64,000 bases of DNA from Candidatus Multivoradales bacterium (GTDB lineage Bacteria > Acidobacteriota > Thermoanaerobaculia > Multivoradales > JAHEKO01), in the NCBI GenBank assembly GCA_965223755.1, contig CBDCXF010000001.1, forward strand, positions 937,256-1,001,255, read 5' to 3'. The notes beneath the pieces are model-generated. The model saw only the letters and a list, made by a program, of their open reading frames with translations. It ran no database searches and had not been told where the DNA came from. Shown one piece after another: positions 39,641-46,733 of this stretch (within the stretch, counting starts at the first letter, position 1; each line of letters starts with the position of its first letter). Made by a program: the position numbers and the translations under genes.

Positions 39641-40976
39641 TGGGTATATCGTCATTGACGATGGTGCAGGTCACTTCGTCGCCCGGATTCAACTGAACCG
39701 ATCCAGCGTCAAAGGAAGTTCCCTGCATGGGGACCGCTAGGCCTGCGTTCGTACCGCTGTCGTAGACGCAGGACCAGGTGCCTTCCGCATAACCGGCAAC
39801 ATCGATCTCGCTCATGGTGAACGGAATCGGGTTGCCGTTTTCGTCCTCAACGACAGGGGCGAACTGTTGGGAGGTATAGGTCGTCGTGGAGCCGGATACC
39901 GTGGATGTCCAAATCGGAGCATCGGGTTCCGAAGAAGTGATCCCAAAGGCGTCGACGCCAGCGGTTCCGCCGTTGTCGTTGATGACCTGCTTGACCAGGG
40001 TCACGCCAGCATTGTCGGCGCAGGCCTCTTGAACAATTGCCGTGAGATCGGCCTCGAAGTTCTCAAACGACCCCGCCACGATGTCGGCGGTCTCGATACT
40101 CGGGTTGGCTGGGTCGTAATACTCGGGTCCCGCGATCAACTCGAACTCGGCCGTCCTCCAGGTCCCGCTGGTACTGAGGGCATAACCTATTAACTTGGTG
40201 CTGGTGGCCTTGATCAGGTTGGCCTCTTCAATGTTGTGATCCCGCATTTCGTCGTCAAGAACATTAGGAATCGGCTCGTGGGAAGTCCAGACTTGCTGGT
40301 AGAAGCCGGGATTTTGATAAGGCTCGTGATGATGGCTCGCGTTGGGGGCACCATCGGAAACAAACACCACCAGCTCCACCTTGCCGTCAGCCAACTGGCT
40401 CTCGCGCGGAAGCATCGTATGGTAGGTCTCGTAGAGGGCATCATCCCAGTTGGTAGCAACGCGATAGTCGCCGACGTGATCGCGAGGGTCGTAGGCAGCG
40501 ATAAAATCATCGATTATCGGTTGATTGCCGGCGCCGTTTGCCTCGAAGAAGTTGCTGTAGCTCGCGGTGGCCTCGCCGGCGTCGACCCACGCGCCGAACA
40601 TCATCAACGCCATCGAACTCTCGCCCACTGCGGCGCTGAGGGCGTCGTACAACCCTTGAACGCCAGCTTCTACTAAGGGCATCCCTGTCAAGCCGATCGA
40701 CCCCGTCTCGTCGACGACCACGATCATGTCTATGGCGCAGGCCTCGACAAGATCCGGATTGTCGGTCACTGCCAGGTCTTGGCCGCAAGTGGCCCCCACG
40801 CATGGACTGGTATCGGTCGCAACGTTGGGATCCGGATTGGCCCACACCGCTGTCGGCGTAATCGCGATCAGGTTAATCACCATCGCAAACAGTGCCATCG
40901 AAAGCACATTCACGATGTCCGTCAATCTGCCCCACTGGCGAAAGACTCCGCCCGAAACACCAAATATCACACTCAT
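33306..40976 (-). CDS. giant secreted Ca-binding surface protein 2, 2,556 aa. Order: N-terminal VWA domain, then the same SdrD-B/dockerin-like stalk and C-terminal peptidase C25 domain
   Basis: VWA MIDAS motif VVVDETGSIG in the unique 445-aa N-terminus. From IGDSIWLDEDGDG onward it is identical to protein 1 except for scattered substitutions (DGTNDIGTGSDAGVEG, VVQLGDF, DTNNDGT, KLTDSKS, LLNAAFGHG). Confidence 0.8.
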   Translation of the reverse strand: MSVIFGVSGGVFRQWGRLTDIVNVLSMALFAMVINLIAITPTAVWANPDPNVATDTSPCVGATCGQDLAVTDNPDLVEACAIDMIVVVDETGSIGLTGMPLVEAGVQGLYDALSAAVGESSMALMMFGAWVDAGEATASYSNFFEANGAGNQPIIDDFIAAYDPRDHVGDYRVATNWDDALYETYHTMLPRESQLADGKVELVVFVSDGAPNASHHHEPYQNPGFYQQVWTSHEPIPNVLDDEMRDHNIEEANLIKATSTKLIGYALSTSGTWRTAEFELIAGPEYYDPANPSIETADIVAGSFENFEADLTAIVQEACADNAGVTLVKQVINDNGGTAGVDAFGITSSEPDAPIWTSTVSGSTTTYTSQQFAPVVEDENGNPIPFTMSEIDVAGYAEGTWSCVYDSGTNAGLAVPMQGTSFDAGSVQLNPGDEVTCTIVNDDIPSSIGDSIWLDEDGDGIQDAGEDGIANVTVYLCEAGVSPCDATTAIATTTSDANGDYIFDDVPPGDYTVAVDTSTLPTGLTNQTGDPDSTLDSQSTITLNAGEDIDIVDFGYNYSTTDETDTNTGTGAIGDRIWNDADGDGIQDEGELGIEGVTVLLAEVETVIDGAIDLNGDGVIDASDSGTVLDDNGDPLDIINGQIDLDGDGSITAADDGTLNGVTVIDGQLDVNGDGVIDGSDDGTAEIPIATTTTDSTGNYAFDDLDPGVYTLTVTDDNNVLTGYTQTGDPDHFGSTDTSAAANDGTTTSPIVLAPGDVVVNTDFGYQNTSLADVSGTVYLDADGDGTNDIGTGSDAGVEGVTVNLVETYDIIDGQIDVNGDGVIDGNDDGTVDGINVIDGQLDVNGDGVIDGNDDGSVGGVTVIDGEVDINGDGVIDATDDGTLGIIVATTTTDENGDYTFTDVPAGDYNVVVGDTANVLEGLSQSGDPDAVLDDQTSVTVGGTDVTDLDFGYTPPGQNSDTGLIGDNIYLDADGDGTQDADEAGLEGVTVNLYDDLDGDGVLDPGEPIIATATTNENGSYYFGGLDPNAHYIVEIETSTLPNGGTGLTNTDDPDGGGDSTSAVDLGASGGIDLDQDFGYVASTPNTIGGTVWEDTDGNGTLDETGAGLEGVTVDLYEAAGIIDGGVDVNGDGVVDGNDDGTFGGIAVIDGAFDVNGDGVIDANDDGSINGYDIIDGQVDYNGDGAIDGSDDGTLLGDLVGTTTTDANGDYSFEGLPDGTYAIDVTDENNVLGGMWHSDGPNDGADNNSQDDPYLINVSGGTTDSTGDFGYYVDPGSVGDTVFYDYDGDGVQDTGEPGISGVTVEMTISYPDGSTVTLVTVTDANGVYSFDNLLADEDYNGNTGDGSTEPTYTVSVDMTQDALIGYASTEDGSGATADSSETQGSGVDGDADMVSGTSAYPEQGTTDDTNDFGVQSVVQLGDFVWEDVDGDGIQDAGEPGIAGVVVTLTGTDLFGNAVSLTTTTSDGTTDVDGDGTIDPAGSYIFNNVPFSTTPYTITFDTSGLADTWEATVVDNETGPDGDGDGSVFDPEGGGGDNDASRSGSGETDVDVLLTQGVSDFSIDAGFYRPTSIAGELFADDPVNGTQDAGDGTVDGVATLYRWDDTNNDGTVDPDELTFVDQQTTVGGAYLFTLVDGEQPLPPGNYIVGIDPTSGSYDTATATAQDVGDPDPTDTSQDIANDSDVYVDDAAIDGEADGEFLTNVFVLESGDQVTDVDAGFTITPNPATVVGVRAQGGKVSFRTASEAAVMAYDVYRWDSSTKEYSLVNSELVMADPGAGAGTTYEILDPAGKPGDRYVVVEIGVLGQEIVHGPFTASGEAWDASPAERYQARQAARKSTGSKLTDSKSTGSKSAGSVRAAAGPSARGAVSSAAPSRNGRPRGRGASTSWAKGTVTEDGVVYVSAQELATAWGISESDTQKSIRDNAVMVTNRGNAIGWWAPKGGAGLYFEGEAIDLATTDENVYWIGRGEGKLAGSLKSGAAPAPFYGGLYSETSEAEEQVYGMLWLEDDPNADYWRWSISWSGAATQSFAIAANDPASGTASLEVRLQGATFTPSGGHRMGVKVNGTQVGTASWLDREMFVGSFTFDSSLLSNANTIELVFEGSSGSVVYVDGFTLSYPRALRAIGDRLRFTALADGVATVEGFSAGAVEAFASDGGDLVHLGKTRITEEADGSFSVTVPTVAGATYDLSTVSSAKRLSDLRTDAPSKIKTSDGAEYVVVATPETRSAAEALANLRSSKYSTMVVDLEEVYDEFAFGLSDVESLASLAEHGYSGWSEKLKYVVLMGTGSHDPKNYTGRTDHLIPARFVPTPNGLAASDIGLGDVTGNGSPEVIFSRIPAETGLEAQSYVDKLIAYENGGGAWESSAIFLSDNADQAGIYPMDTDVLVDQLSGIKTTSHISLGDLDTATARSQISTEWYVGASWVNFQGHGGIDRFASEGMVMSTDVPGFGNGDRLPIVASLTCVVGNFSWPSLTTLGEQLVMEPTGGAIGLWSPSGLSYSHPAHVMNQKLLNAAFGHGPVELGEAVKTTLDQSNGEVFDFMLKIYNLLGDPAVEVR

Positions 40977-41093
40977 GTTCGCGATTCCCCGCTACAGCTA
41001 CCGTGCTGCAATTTACTCAACCCCTAGAGAACTAATCCGAATCAAACTAATCCGAATCAAAAACAAGTACAGGACAACTGTCGCCCCAACTCT

Positions 41094-41107
41094 GTGACGT
41101 ACGTCAC
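41094..41107. promoter_or_regulatory. perfect 14-bp palindrome GTGACGTACGTCAC, about 118 bp upstream of the giant gene 2 start
   Basis: Seen directly. Lies in the only AT-richer stretch of the locus, next to a 2x direct repeat ACTAATCCGAATCAAA at 41026-41062. Confidence 0.3.
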
Positions 41108-41224
41108 GCCGCCGGATCTTACACAAACACTTCGGCACGGTCCAGACGGCGCGTTCGTCAACGAACCCTGGAGCAAAGCTCAGGCCAAAAAACTAAATGC
41201 TCTTATCAAGAAACTTAGGCCGTT

Positions 41225-42010
41225 TCAGGTGGCTCGACGTGATGTTGCCCGTGGAAGTAAGGGAGGGAAATTTTCCCTGGTTGAAGGGGCGGAAACGACC
41301 AGATATTCATTTTCCCGATTCTCACGACCGTCATCTCGAAACCGAAAAGCGGCCCCCCAACCCATCTCCCGTTCGATCTGGTCCAACTCGCCATCGGAGA
41401 AAAAATGGCAGTAGCGCATGGCGTCCTCGGTTGCGGTGGCCTCATTTCCCCAGGGGAGAAGGACATCGCCTGCTTCGCCTCCCCCGGCCGACTGCGACTC
41501 GATCTCGAACGCCCGACTCCGTCGCTTTTCATCCGCAAACCAAAACGTCAATACGATCCATCCCCCTGGTACAACCAATGACTGCAAGTGTCGAATGAAC
41601 GCGAGCCGCCTTTCGCGACCCGGTATGTGGTGCAGCAATCCGAAAGCGACCACCAAGTCAAAGGACTCCGCCAAAGGAAGCGCGACGTTGACATCGGCAC
41701 CAACCAACTGCAATTCGCGAGATCCGTTCGGTAGTCCGCGCCGCGCTTCGACCAAAAGGGGCAGACTGAAATCAACACCAACGTATCGAGGCCTGAGCGC
41801 TTCTGCGTGCAAGTGTCGGAGAAATCGTCCGTGGCCGCAGCCGACGTCCAACACTCGCGGAGCCTCGGACAAACCCCGTTCGCGCAGATATGGGAGCAAA
41901 TGAGTCCAGCCGGGCCAGGGCCGCGGGCGGCGGGAGGCGAAGTCGAGGCCGTGGCGGTCGTAGAAGCGGCGGTTGACGTCAGACAATCGAGCGCGAGTGG
42001 GGTCGTCCAC
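41225..42010 (-). CDS. class I SAM-dependent methyltransferase
   Basis: Motif I VLDVGCGHGRF, post-I DFS and motif II FDLVVAFGLLHH. Confidence 0.7.
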   Translation of the reverse strand: MDDPTRARLSDVNRRFYDRHGLDFASRRPRPWPGWTHLLPYLRERGLSEAPRVLDVGCGHGRFLRHLHAEALRPRYVGVDFSLPLLVEARRGLPNGSRELQLVGADVNVALPLAESFDLVVAFGLLHHIPGRERRLAFIRHLQSLVVPGGWIVLTFWFADEKRRSRAFEIESQSAGGGEAGDVLLPWGNEATATEDAMRYCHFFSDGELDQIEREMGWGAAFRFRDDGRENRENEYLVVSAPSTRENFPPLLPRATSRRAT

Positions 42011-42109
42011 CTGGCGACGTTACCCGATCCCCGCCCCGAGGGGAGGGGATAAACGGCTCCTTCGGCGCGATACCAATGTGGCGCGGGCATACGCCCGCCC
42101 GAAGAAAAC

Positions 42110-42541
42110 TCACTGCAGATCGTGTGGGGAACGCGCGAACGGGTTAACAACCTCCAAAGAACCAAGAGTCTGACTATCTTGAAGGTCTTCCGTGAGTAAC
42201 CAGCCGCAACCCGCGACCTGAGCGGCAGCCACGATCAGAGCGTCCCAAAACGACAGTGCAAATTCGTCTTGCAGCGACCAACCGAGACGCAGCAGCCCCG
42301 GGTCCGCGCTGACCGGCTGCCACTGCATCAGGTCTTCTACTTCGACTTGTGCCTGCTCACGAGTCAGCCCCGGACGCAGCTCCTGGGTCACCGTGACGAA
42401 GTACTCTTGCAAGACCTGGAAGCTCAGGCACCCTCTACGGCTAGTCCACAGAAACCGCATCCATTCTTGAGCTCGTCGATGCTTCTCCCTCTCCGACCGG
42501 TCTCGGGCGTAGACAAGGACGTTGGTATCGACGAAAACGCG
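42110..42541 (-). CDS. PIN-domain toxin (VapC-like) with no canonical in-frame start codon
   Basis: The PIN signature …ARVFVDTNVLVYARD is encoded upstream of the only ATG (42460). The conserved C-terminal FWDALIVAAAQVAGCGWLLTED is also present. The frame is closed by a stop at 42605-42607, and no ATG/GTG/TTG lies between. Confidence 0.5.
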   Translation of the reverse strand, partial: RVFVDTNVLVYARDRSEREKHRRAQEWMRFLWTSRRGCLSFQVLQEYFVTVTQELRPGLTREQAQVEVEDLMQWQPVSADPGLLRLGWSLQDEFALSFWDALIVAAAQVAGCGWLLTEDLQDSQTLGSLEVVNPFARSPHDLQ

Positions 42542-42548
42542 GGCGGGC

Positions 42549-42851
42549 TCAGCGCTCGTGGAGCTCGTCTTGCTTGGGATAGGTGTCTCCCTTTCCTTTG
42601 AGAATCACCCCAGTTCCTTTGAGAATCACCCCAGTTCCTTTGAGAATCACCCCAGGCCGCTGCAGGTACCTCTCCATTGCAGACTGATAGGCGCTCTCTT
42701 GCTCCATCTGTCCTTCCAGCATCAACCTAAGAAGACGCGAAACACTCATGTCTTCCTGCGCCGCGCGGATGCGTGCCCAACGGGCGACCGGGCGCACTCG
42801 CCCGTCACTCTCCCTGGCGGGCGGACTGGGGACCGGAACGACATAATCCAC
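42549..42851 (-). CDS. putative RHH/CopG-type antitoxin (VapB-like) with a C-terminal 7-aa tandem repeat
   Basis: Helix …RIRAAQEDMSVSRLLRLMLEGQ is typical of RHH antitoxins. The C-terminus GVILKGT x3 is encoded by a 21-bp tandem repeat. The start is uncertain: the 5' end abuts the divergent Elp3-like gene with a 2-nt gap. Confidence 0.4.
   Translation of the reverse strand: MDYVVPVPSPPARESDGRVRPVARWARIRAAQEDMSVSRLLRLMLEGQMEQESAYQSAMERYLQRPGVILKGTGVILKGTGVILKGKGDTYPKQDELHER
42595..42657. repeat. 21-bp tandem repeat x3 (TTTGAGAATCACCCCAGTTCC)
   Basis: In frame (7 aa GVILKGT) within the antitoxin ORF. It places stop codons in the vapC reading frame. Confidence 0.8.
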
Positions 42852-42853
42852 CC

Positions 42854-44599
42854 ATGGCGCCCTACGCCTTCAACCCCGAGCAGCACCACGAAGCACTCAG
42901 CGCCATCGTCGATGCGGTGGTCGAAACGCCTTCGTTCGACAACGCCGCCTGGGCTCGGCTGTTGCGCGCCCATCCCAAGCCAGCGGGCGGCTTCTTCTCT
43001 AAATCAGAGATCATTCAGGGATTTCGCTATCTCAACCGGCGCCGCGGCGGCCCGTGGGATGAAGCTCGATTCTTGGACAAAGTACGCCTGAAACCGGTGC
43101 GGACGTTGTCCGGGGTCGCTCCGGTGACGGTTTTGACTCCACCCTACCCGTGCCCCGGCAAGTGCATCTTTTGCCCCAGCGACGTGCGCATGCCCAAGAG
43201 TTATCTATCGGATGAGCCCGGCGCCCAACGCGCCGCCGAGCACCGCTTCGATCCTTACCGGCAGACTGCGTCACGCCTGCAGGCGCTTTACAACAACGGT
43301 CATTCGGTCAACAAGGTCGAATTGATCGTGTTGGGCGGCACCTGGTCCTATTATCCCGAGGACTATCAGATTTGGTTTGTGGCGCGTTGCGTCGAGGCGC
43401 TCAACGACTTCTCCGGGCCGCGCCCTTGGTTGCCGGACTTACCCAAGGTCGACTACTCACAGACCACCGAAACTGTCGACGGCGACGACTTAAGGCAGGG
43501 CACCTACAACCAAGCGCTGCGGCGAATGGGCTGGAACGAGCGCGCCGAGTCAGCGTCTTGGCTTGCTCTGCAAGCTCTCCAAAAAACCAACGAATCGGCC
43601 GACTGCCGCTGCGTCGGTTTGGTGCTGGAAACCCGACCCGACCACCTCGACGATGAGGAAGTCGTGCGACTGCGGCGGCTGGGAACCACCAAGGTTCAAA
43701 TCGGCTTTCAGAGTCTCGACGACACGGTGCTCGCGGCCAACCAACGTGGCCATGACGTCGCCGCGACGCGGCGCGCGGTGCGGCGGCTGCGCGGCGCCGG
43801 CTTCAAGATCCACGCGCACTGGATGCCCAATCTCCACGGGTCGACACCCGACGCCGACATCGCCGACTACCGGCGCATATTCGAAGAGCTGGATTTTCGC
43901 CCCGATGAACTCAAGATCTATCCCTGCAGCCTAATCGAGAGCGCGGAGTTGATGCAGTACTACCGGGATGGGCGCTGGCGACCCTATGCGGAACGAGAAC
44001 TGCTGCAGGTTCTCACCGCGTGCATGGAGGCCACGCCGCGGTATTGCCGTCTGACCCGCGTCATCCGCGACATCCCTGGCACCGACATCGTTGATGGCAA
44101 CCGAACGACCAATTTGCGCGAGGTGGCCGAGGCGAAGCTGGCGGAAGCCGGGAAACGGAGTGTTGAAATCCGCAGCCGGGAAACCCGCGGCGTCCCGGTC
44201 GAGCGCGCCGCGCTACGCCTGCGGGAAACTTCCTACGCGTCATCGGTCGGGCCGCAGCACTTTCTCGAGTACGTCACCGAGGATGACCGCATCGCCGGCT
44301 TCTTACGGCTCAGCCTGCCCGACGATCCGGTGGCAATCGACGAGATCGAGACCAGCGCCATGATCCGGGAGGTTCACGTCTACGGTCAGGTCGTGGATTG
44401 GCAGTCGAACCCTGGATCCAAAGCCCAACACCGAGGTCTCGGCACCGCCCTCACCGAACGCGCCGCCGACATCGCCCGCCGAGCCGGCTTCGACGACCTG
44501 GCGGTCATCTCGGCGGTCGGCACCCGGGAGTACTACCGTAAGTTGGGGTTTGAGGATGGGGAGTTGTATCAGCATCTGCGGTTAGTGGATAGTGGGTAG
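42854..44599 (+). CDS. Elp3-like radical SAM plus GNAT acetyltransferase family protein
   Basis: ATG at 42854 (MAPYAFNPEQ). Radical-SAM Cys cluster CPGKCIFCPSD. C-terminal GNAT motif QHRGLGTALTERAADIARRAGF. Confidence 0.8.
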   Translation: MAPYAFNPEQHHEALSAIVDAVVETPSFDNAAWARLLRAHPKPAGGFFSKSEIIQGFRYLNRRRGGPWDEARFLDKVRLKPVRTLSGVAPVTVLTPPYPCPGKCIFCPSDVRMPKSYLSDEPGAQRAAEHRFDPYRQTASRLQALYNNGHSVNKVELIVLGGTWSYYPEDYQIWFVARCVEALNDFSGPRPWLPDLPKVDYSQTTETVDGDDLRQGTYNQALRRMGWNERAESASWLALQALQKTNESADCRCVGLVLETRPDHLDDEEVVRLRRLGTTKVQIGFQSLDDTVLAANQRGHDVAATRRAVRRLRGAGFKIHAHWMPNLHGSTPDADIADYRRIFEELDFRPDELKIYPCSLIESAELMQYYRDGRWRPYAERELLQVLTACMEATPRYCRLTRVIRDIPGTDIVDGNRTTNLREVAEAKLAEAGKRSVEIRSRETRGVPVERAALRLRETSYASSVGPQHFLEYVTEDDRIAGFLRLSLPDDPVAIDEIETSAMIREVHVYGQVVDWQSNPGSKAQHRGLGTALTERAADIARRAGFDDLAVISAVGTREYYRKLGFEDGELYQHLRLVDSG

Positions 44600-45016
44600 T
44601 GCTGGTGCCGGAGTGACGGGTGACGGGCGAAATTTTCCTTTGTCGTCCTGAGCGACCCTGAGCGAAGGCGAAGGGAAGTCGAAAGACCTGGGCGGGGGTC
44701 CACCTCACCAGGAGGCCGCCCCCAGATCCCTCGACTCGTGCTACGCACTCGCTCGGGATGACAGAGTGCTGTTGTCATCTCGACGGGGGTTTGAACTGGG
44801 CGGCCGGGATCCCCGGCCACCGACCGCCCGCCCCAGGGATGACGTAGCAACCTGTCACTTGCCACTCGTCACTAGCCACTCACCACTAGCTACTAGCCAC
44901 TAGCCCACTAGCTACTAGCCACTAGCCCACTAGCACTAACCACTACCCCGCCACGGAATACACCTACGCCTTCCCCTTGTTCCGCAAATACCGTCACGCA
45001 CCGAGGTCACTCCACC
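44600..45016. repeat. composite intergenic repeat region: MITE-like elements B and C plus a CTAGCCA heptamer array
   Basis: Element B: cctgggcgggggt…cccccagatccctcgactcgtgctacgcactcgctcgggatgacag (also at 51035-51125). Element C: tgtcatctcgacggggg…gggatccccggcc…cccagggatgacg (also at 45853-45932). Heptamers occupy 44855-44945. Confidence 0.7.
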
Positions 45017-45850
45017 ATGCCAACACTCAAAAAACTCAGCGCCTTCACCACCGACCCTAACGGCGGCAATCCCGCCGGTGTCTGGATCGGCGACGCCCTG
45101 CCCGAACCGCAAGAGATGCAGCGCATCGCCGCCGAGATCGGGTTCTCGGAGACCGCCTTCGTCGCCCCCGCTGAAGGGAACCAGAGGACCGTCCGTTACT
45201 ACAGCCCAGAGGCTGAGGTTTCTTTTTGCGGCCATGCCACCATCGCCACAGGGGTGCTCCTCGGCGCCACCGCCGGCGTCGGCCGCTACGAGCTGAGTAC
45301 TGCGGTCGGCGCTGTGCCTCTGGCGGTGGAAAGCCAAGACGGACGGCTAACGGCGGCGCTCACTTCGGTTGTACCGCGGCATGAGTCGGTCTCGCAGCAG
45401 CTCTTGAGCGGCGCATTGTCCGCGCTGGATTGGCAACTCGAGGAACTGGACTCGGCGATCTCACCCACCCGTGCTTATGCCGGCGCCTGGCACTTGGTCC
45501 TCGCCGCCGCTACACGCGAACGCCTCGACGATCTCGACTACGACTTCGAGGCACTCAAAGAACTCATGCTCGCCGACGGCCTCACCACCGTGCAACTGGT
45601 TTGGCGCCAAGACGACGAGACTTTTCATGCCCGCGATCCATTCCCAGTGGGTGGGGTGGTCGAAGACCCCGCCACCGGTGCCGCGGCGGCGGCGCTGGGC
45701 GGTTACCTGCGGGATGCTGGACTTATCTCGGCACCAGCTTCGATCCTCATCCGCCAAGGCGAAGCGATGGGCCGCCCCAGTCGTCTATTTGTGGATATCC
45801 CGGCGGAGGGTGGGATTGTGGTGAGTGGTCACGCGGTGGAGATCGATTGA
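45017..45850 (+). CDS. PhzF family phenazine-biosynthesis-like isomerase
   Basis: TAFTTDPNGGNPAGV and SPEAEVSFCGHATIA. 277 aa. Confidence 0.85.
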   Translation: MPTLKKLSAFTTDPNGGNPAGVWIGDALPEPQEMQRIAAEIGFSETAFVAPAEGNQRTVRYYSPEAEVSFCGHATIATGVLLGATAGVGRYELSTAVGAVPLAVESQDGRLTAALTSVVPRHESVSQQLLSGALSALDWQLEELDSAISPTRAYAGAWHLVLAAATRERLDDLDYDFEALKELMLADGLTTVQLVWRQDDETFHARDPFPVGGVVEDPATGAAAAALGGYLRDAGLISAPASILIRQGEAMGRPSRLFVDIPAEGGIVVSGHAVEID

Positions 45851-45990
45851 TGTCATCCCGGCGGGGGTTCGGGCTGGGGGACCGGGATCCCCGGCCCACT
45901 CCCGGCCGCGCCCGCGGGGATGACGTTTCCGCTGTCACACGTCGCTAGTCACTCCTCACACACCACCAGCCACTAGCACTAGCACTAGCA
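45851..45990. repeat. MITE-like element C copy plus a CTAGCAC heptamer array
   Basis: tgtcatcccggcgggggttcgggctgggggaccgggatccccggcc…cccgcggggatgacg, then cactagcactagcactagcac. Confidence 0.7.
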
Positions 45991-46602
45991 CTATTCACTA
46001 CCTCCGCTGGGATCGAAGGTGAACTCGCCCTCGATCGAGATCGTCACCTCTTCCCCGACGAACAGCCCGCCGGTTTCCATGGTGCGGTTCCAGGCCACGC
46101 CGAATTCCTTGCGGTCGATGGTCAGCTCGCCGCTGACGCCCATGCGTTGCAGACCCAACGGGTCGGTGATCGGGCCCAGCACCTCAACCGGCAGGACGAC
46201 CTCCTTGGTGACGCCGCGGATGGTGAGATCGCCGGTGACATCGAAGCCACCGTCGGTCTCGGCGACCGACGTGCTGGAAAAAGTGATCTCGGGGTGATTT
46301 TCAGCGTCCAAGAAATCCTCGCTGCGCAGGTGGTCGTCACGCCGCTGGTGGCGGGTATCGATGCTCGCCGCCTGAATGGTGACTTCAACGCTGGATTCGG
46401 CTGGATCTTCGGCATCGTAGTCGACGGTCGCTTGGTAGTCGTTGAAAACGCCCCGCACGGTGGAAACGGTGAAGTGTTTGACACCGAATCCGACGTGGGC
46501 GTGGGAGGTGTCCATGACAAATTCCTGGGCTGCGGCATTACCCGAGGAAGCGATGACCGCCATCAAACCCAAAACGCCAGCTAATAAACTCTTACACCTC
46601 AT
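45991..46602 (-). CDS. YceI family periplasmic protein
   Basis: Signal peptide plus the YceI-like fold signature (HFTVSTVRGVF…VTGDLTIRGVTKEV). Confidence 0.85.
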   Translation of the reverse strand: MRCKSLLAGVLGLMAVIASSGNAAAQEFVMDTSHAHVGFGVKHFTVSTVRGVFNDYQATVDYDAEDPAESSVEVTIQAASIDTRHQRRDDHLRSEDFLDAENHPEITFSSTSVAETDGGFDVTGDLTIRGVTKEVVLPVEVLGPITDPLGLQRMGVSGELTIDRKEFGVAWNRTMETGGLFVGEEVTISIEGEFTFDPSGGSE

Positions 46603-46733
46603 GTGTTGATCCTCTTTCGAACTTTGATCGCTTGCTTACTTTCGAACTGGCTGCCGCGGCCGCCTTCTCCATTCCAATTAGCCCGAAGGCTCGAACGCGA
46701 ACTATACGCGCTCCATGGCTCGGCGCTTGTCTC

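Noticed and set aside
22004-40976. Interpreting the two giant genes as one gene split by a frameshift
   Set aside because: Gene 1 has its own RBS, start codon and signal peptide at 32971. A 223-bp spacer with a duplicated terminator hairpin separates the genes. Both read-throughs are intact.
41094-41414. 106-aa plus-strand ORF overlapping the methyltransferase
   Set aside because: It is antisense to a well-supported methyltransferase CDS and has no domain signal.
42030-42075. Hairpin cgcgggcatacgcccgc as a terminator for vapC
   Set aside because: The T-tract is on the wrong side for the minus-strand transcript and the stem is imperfect.
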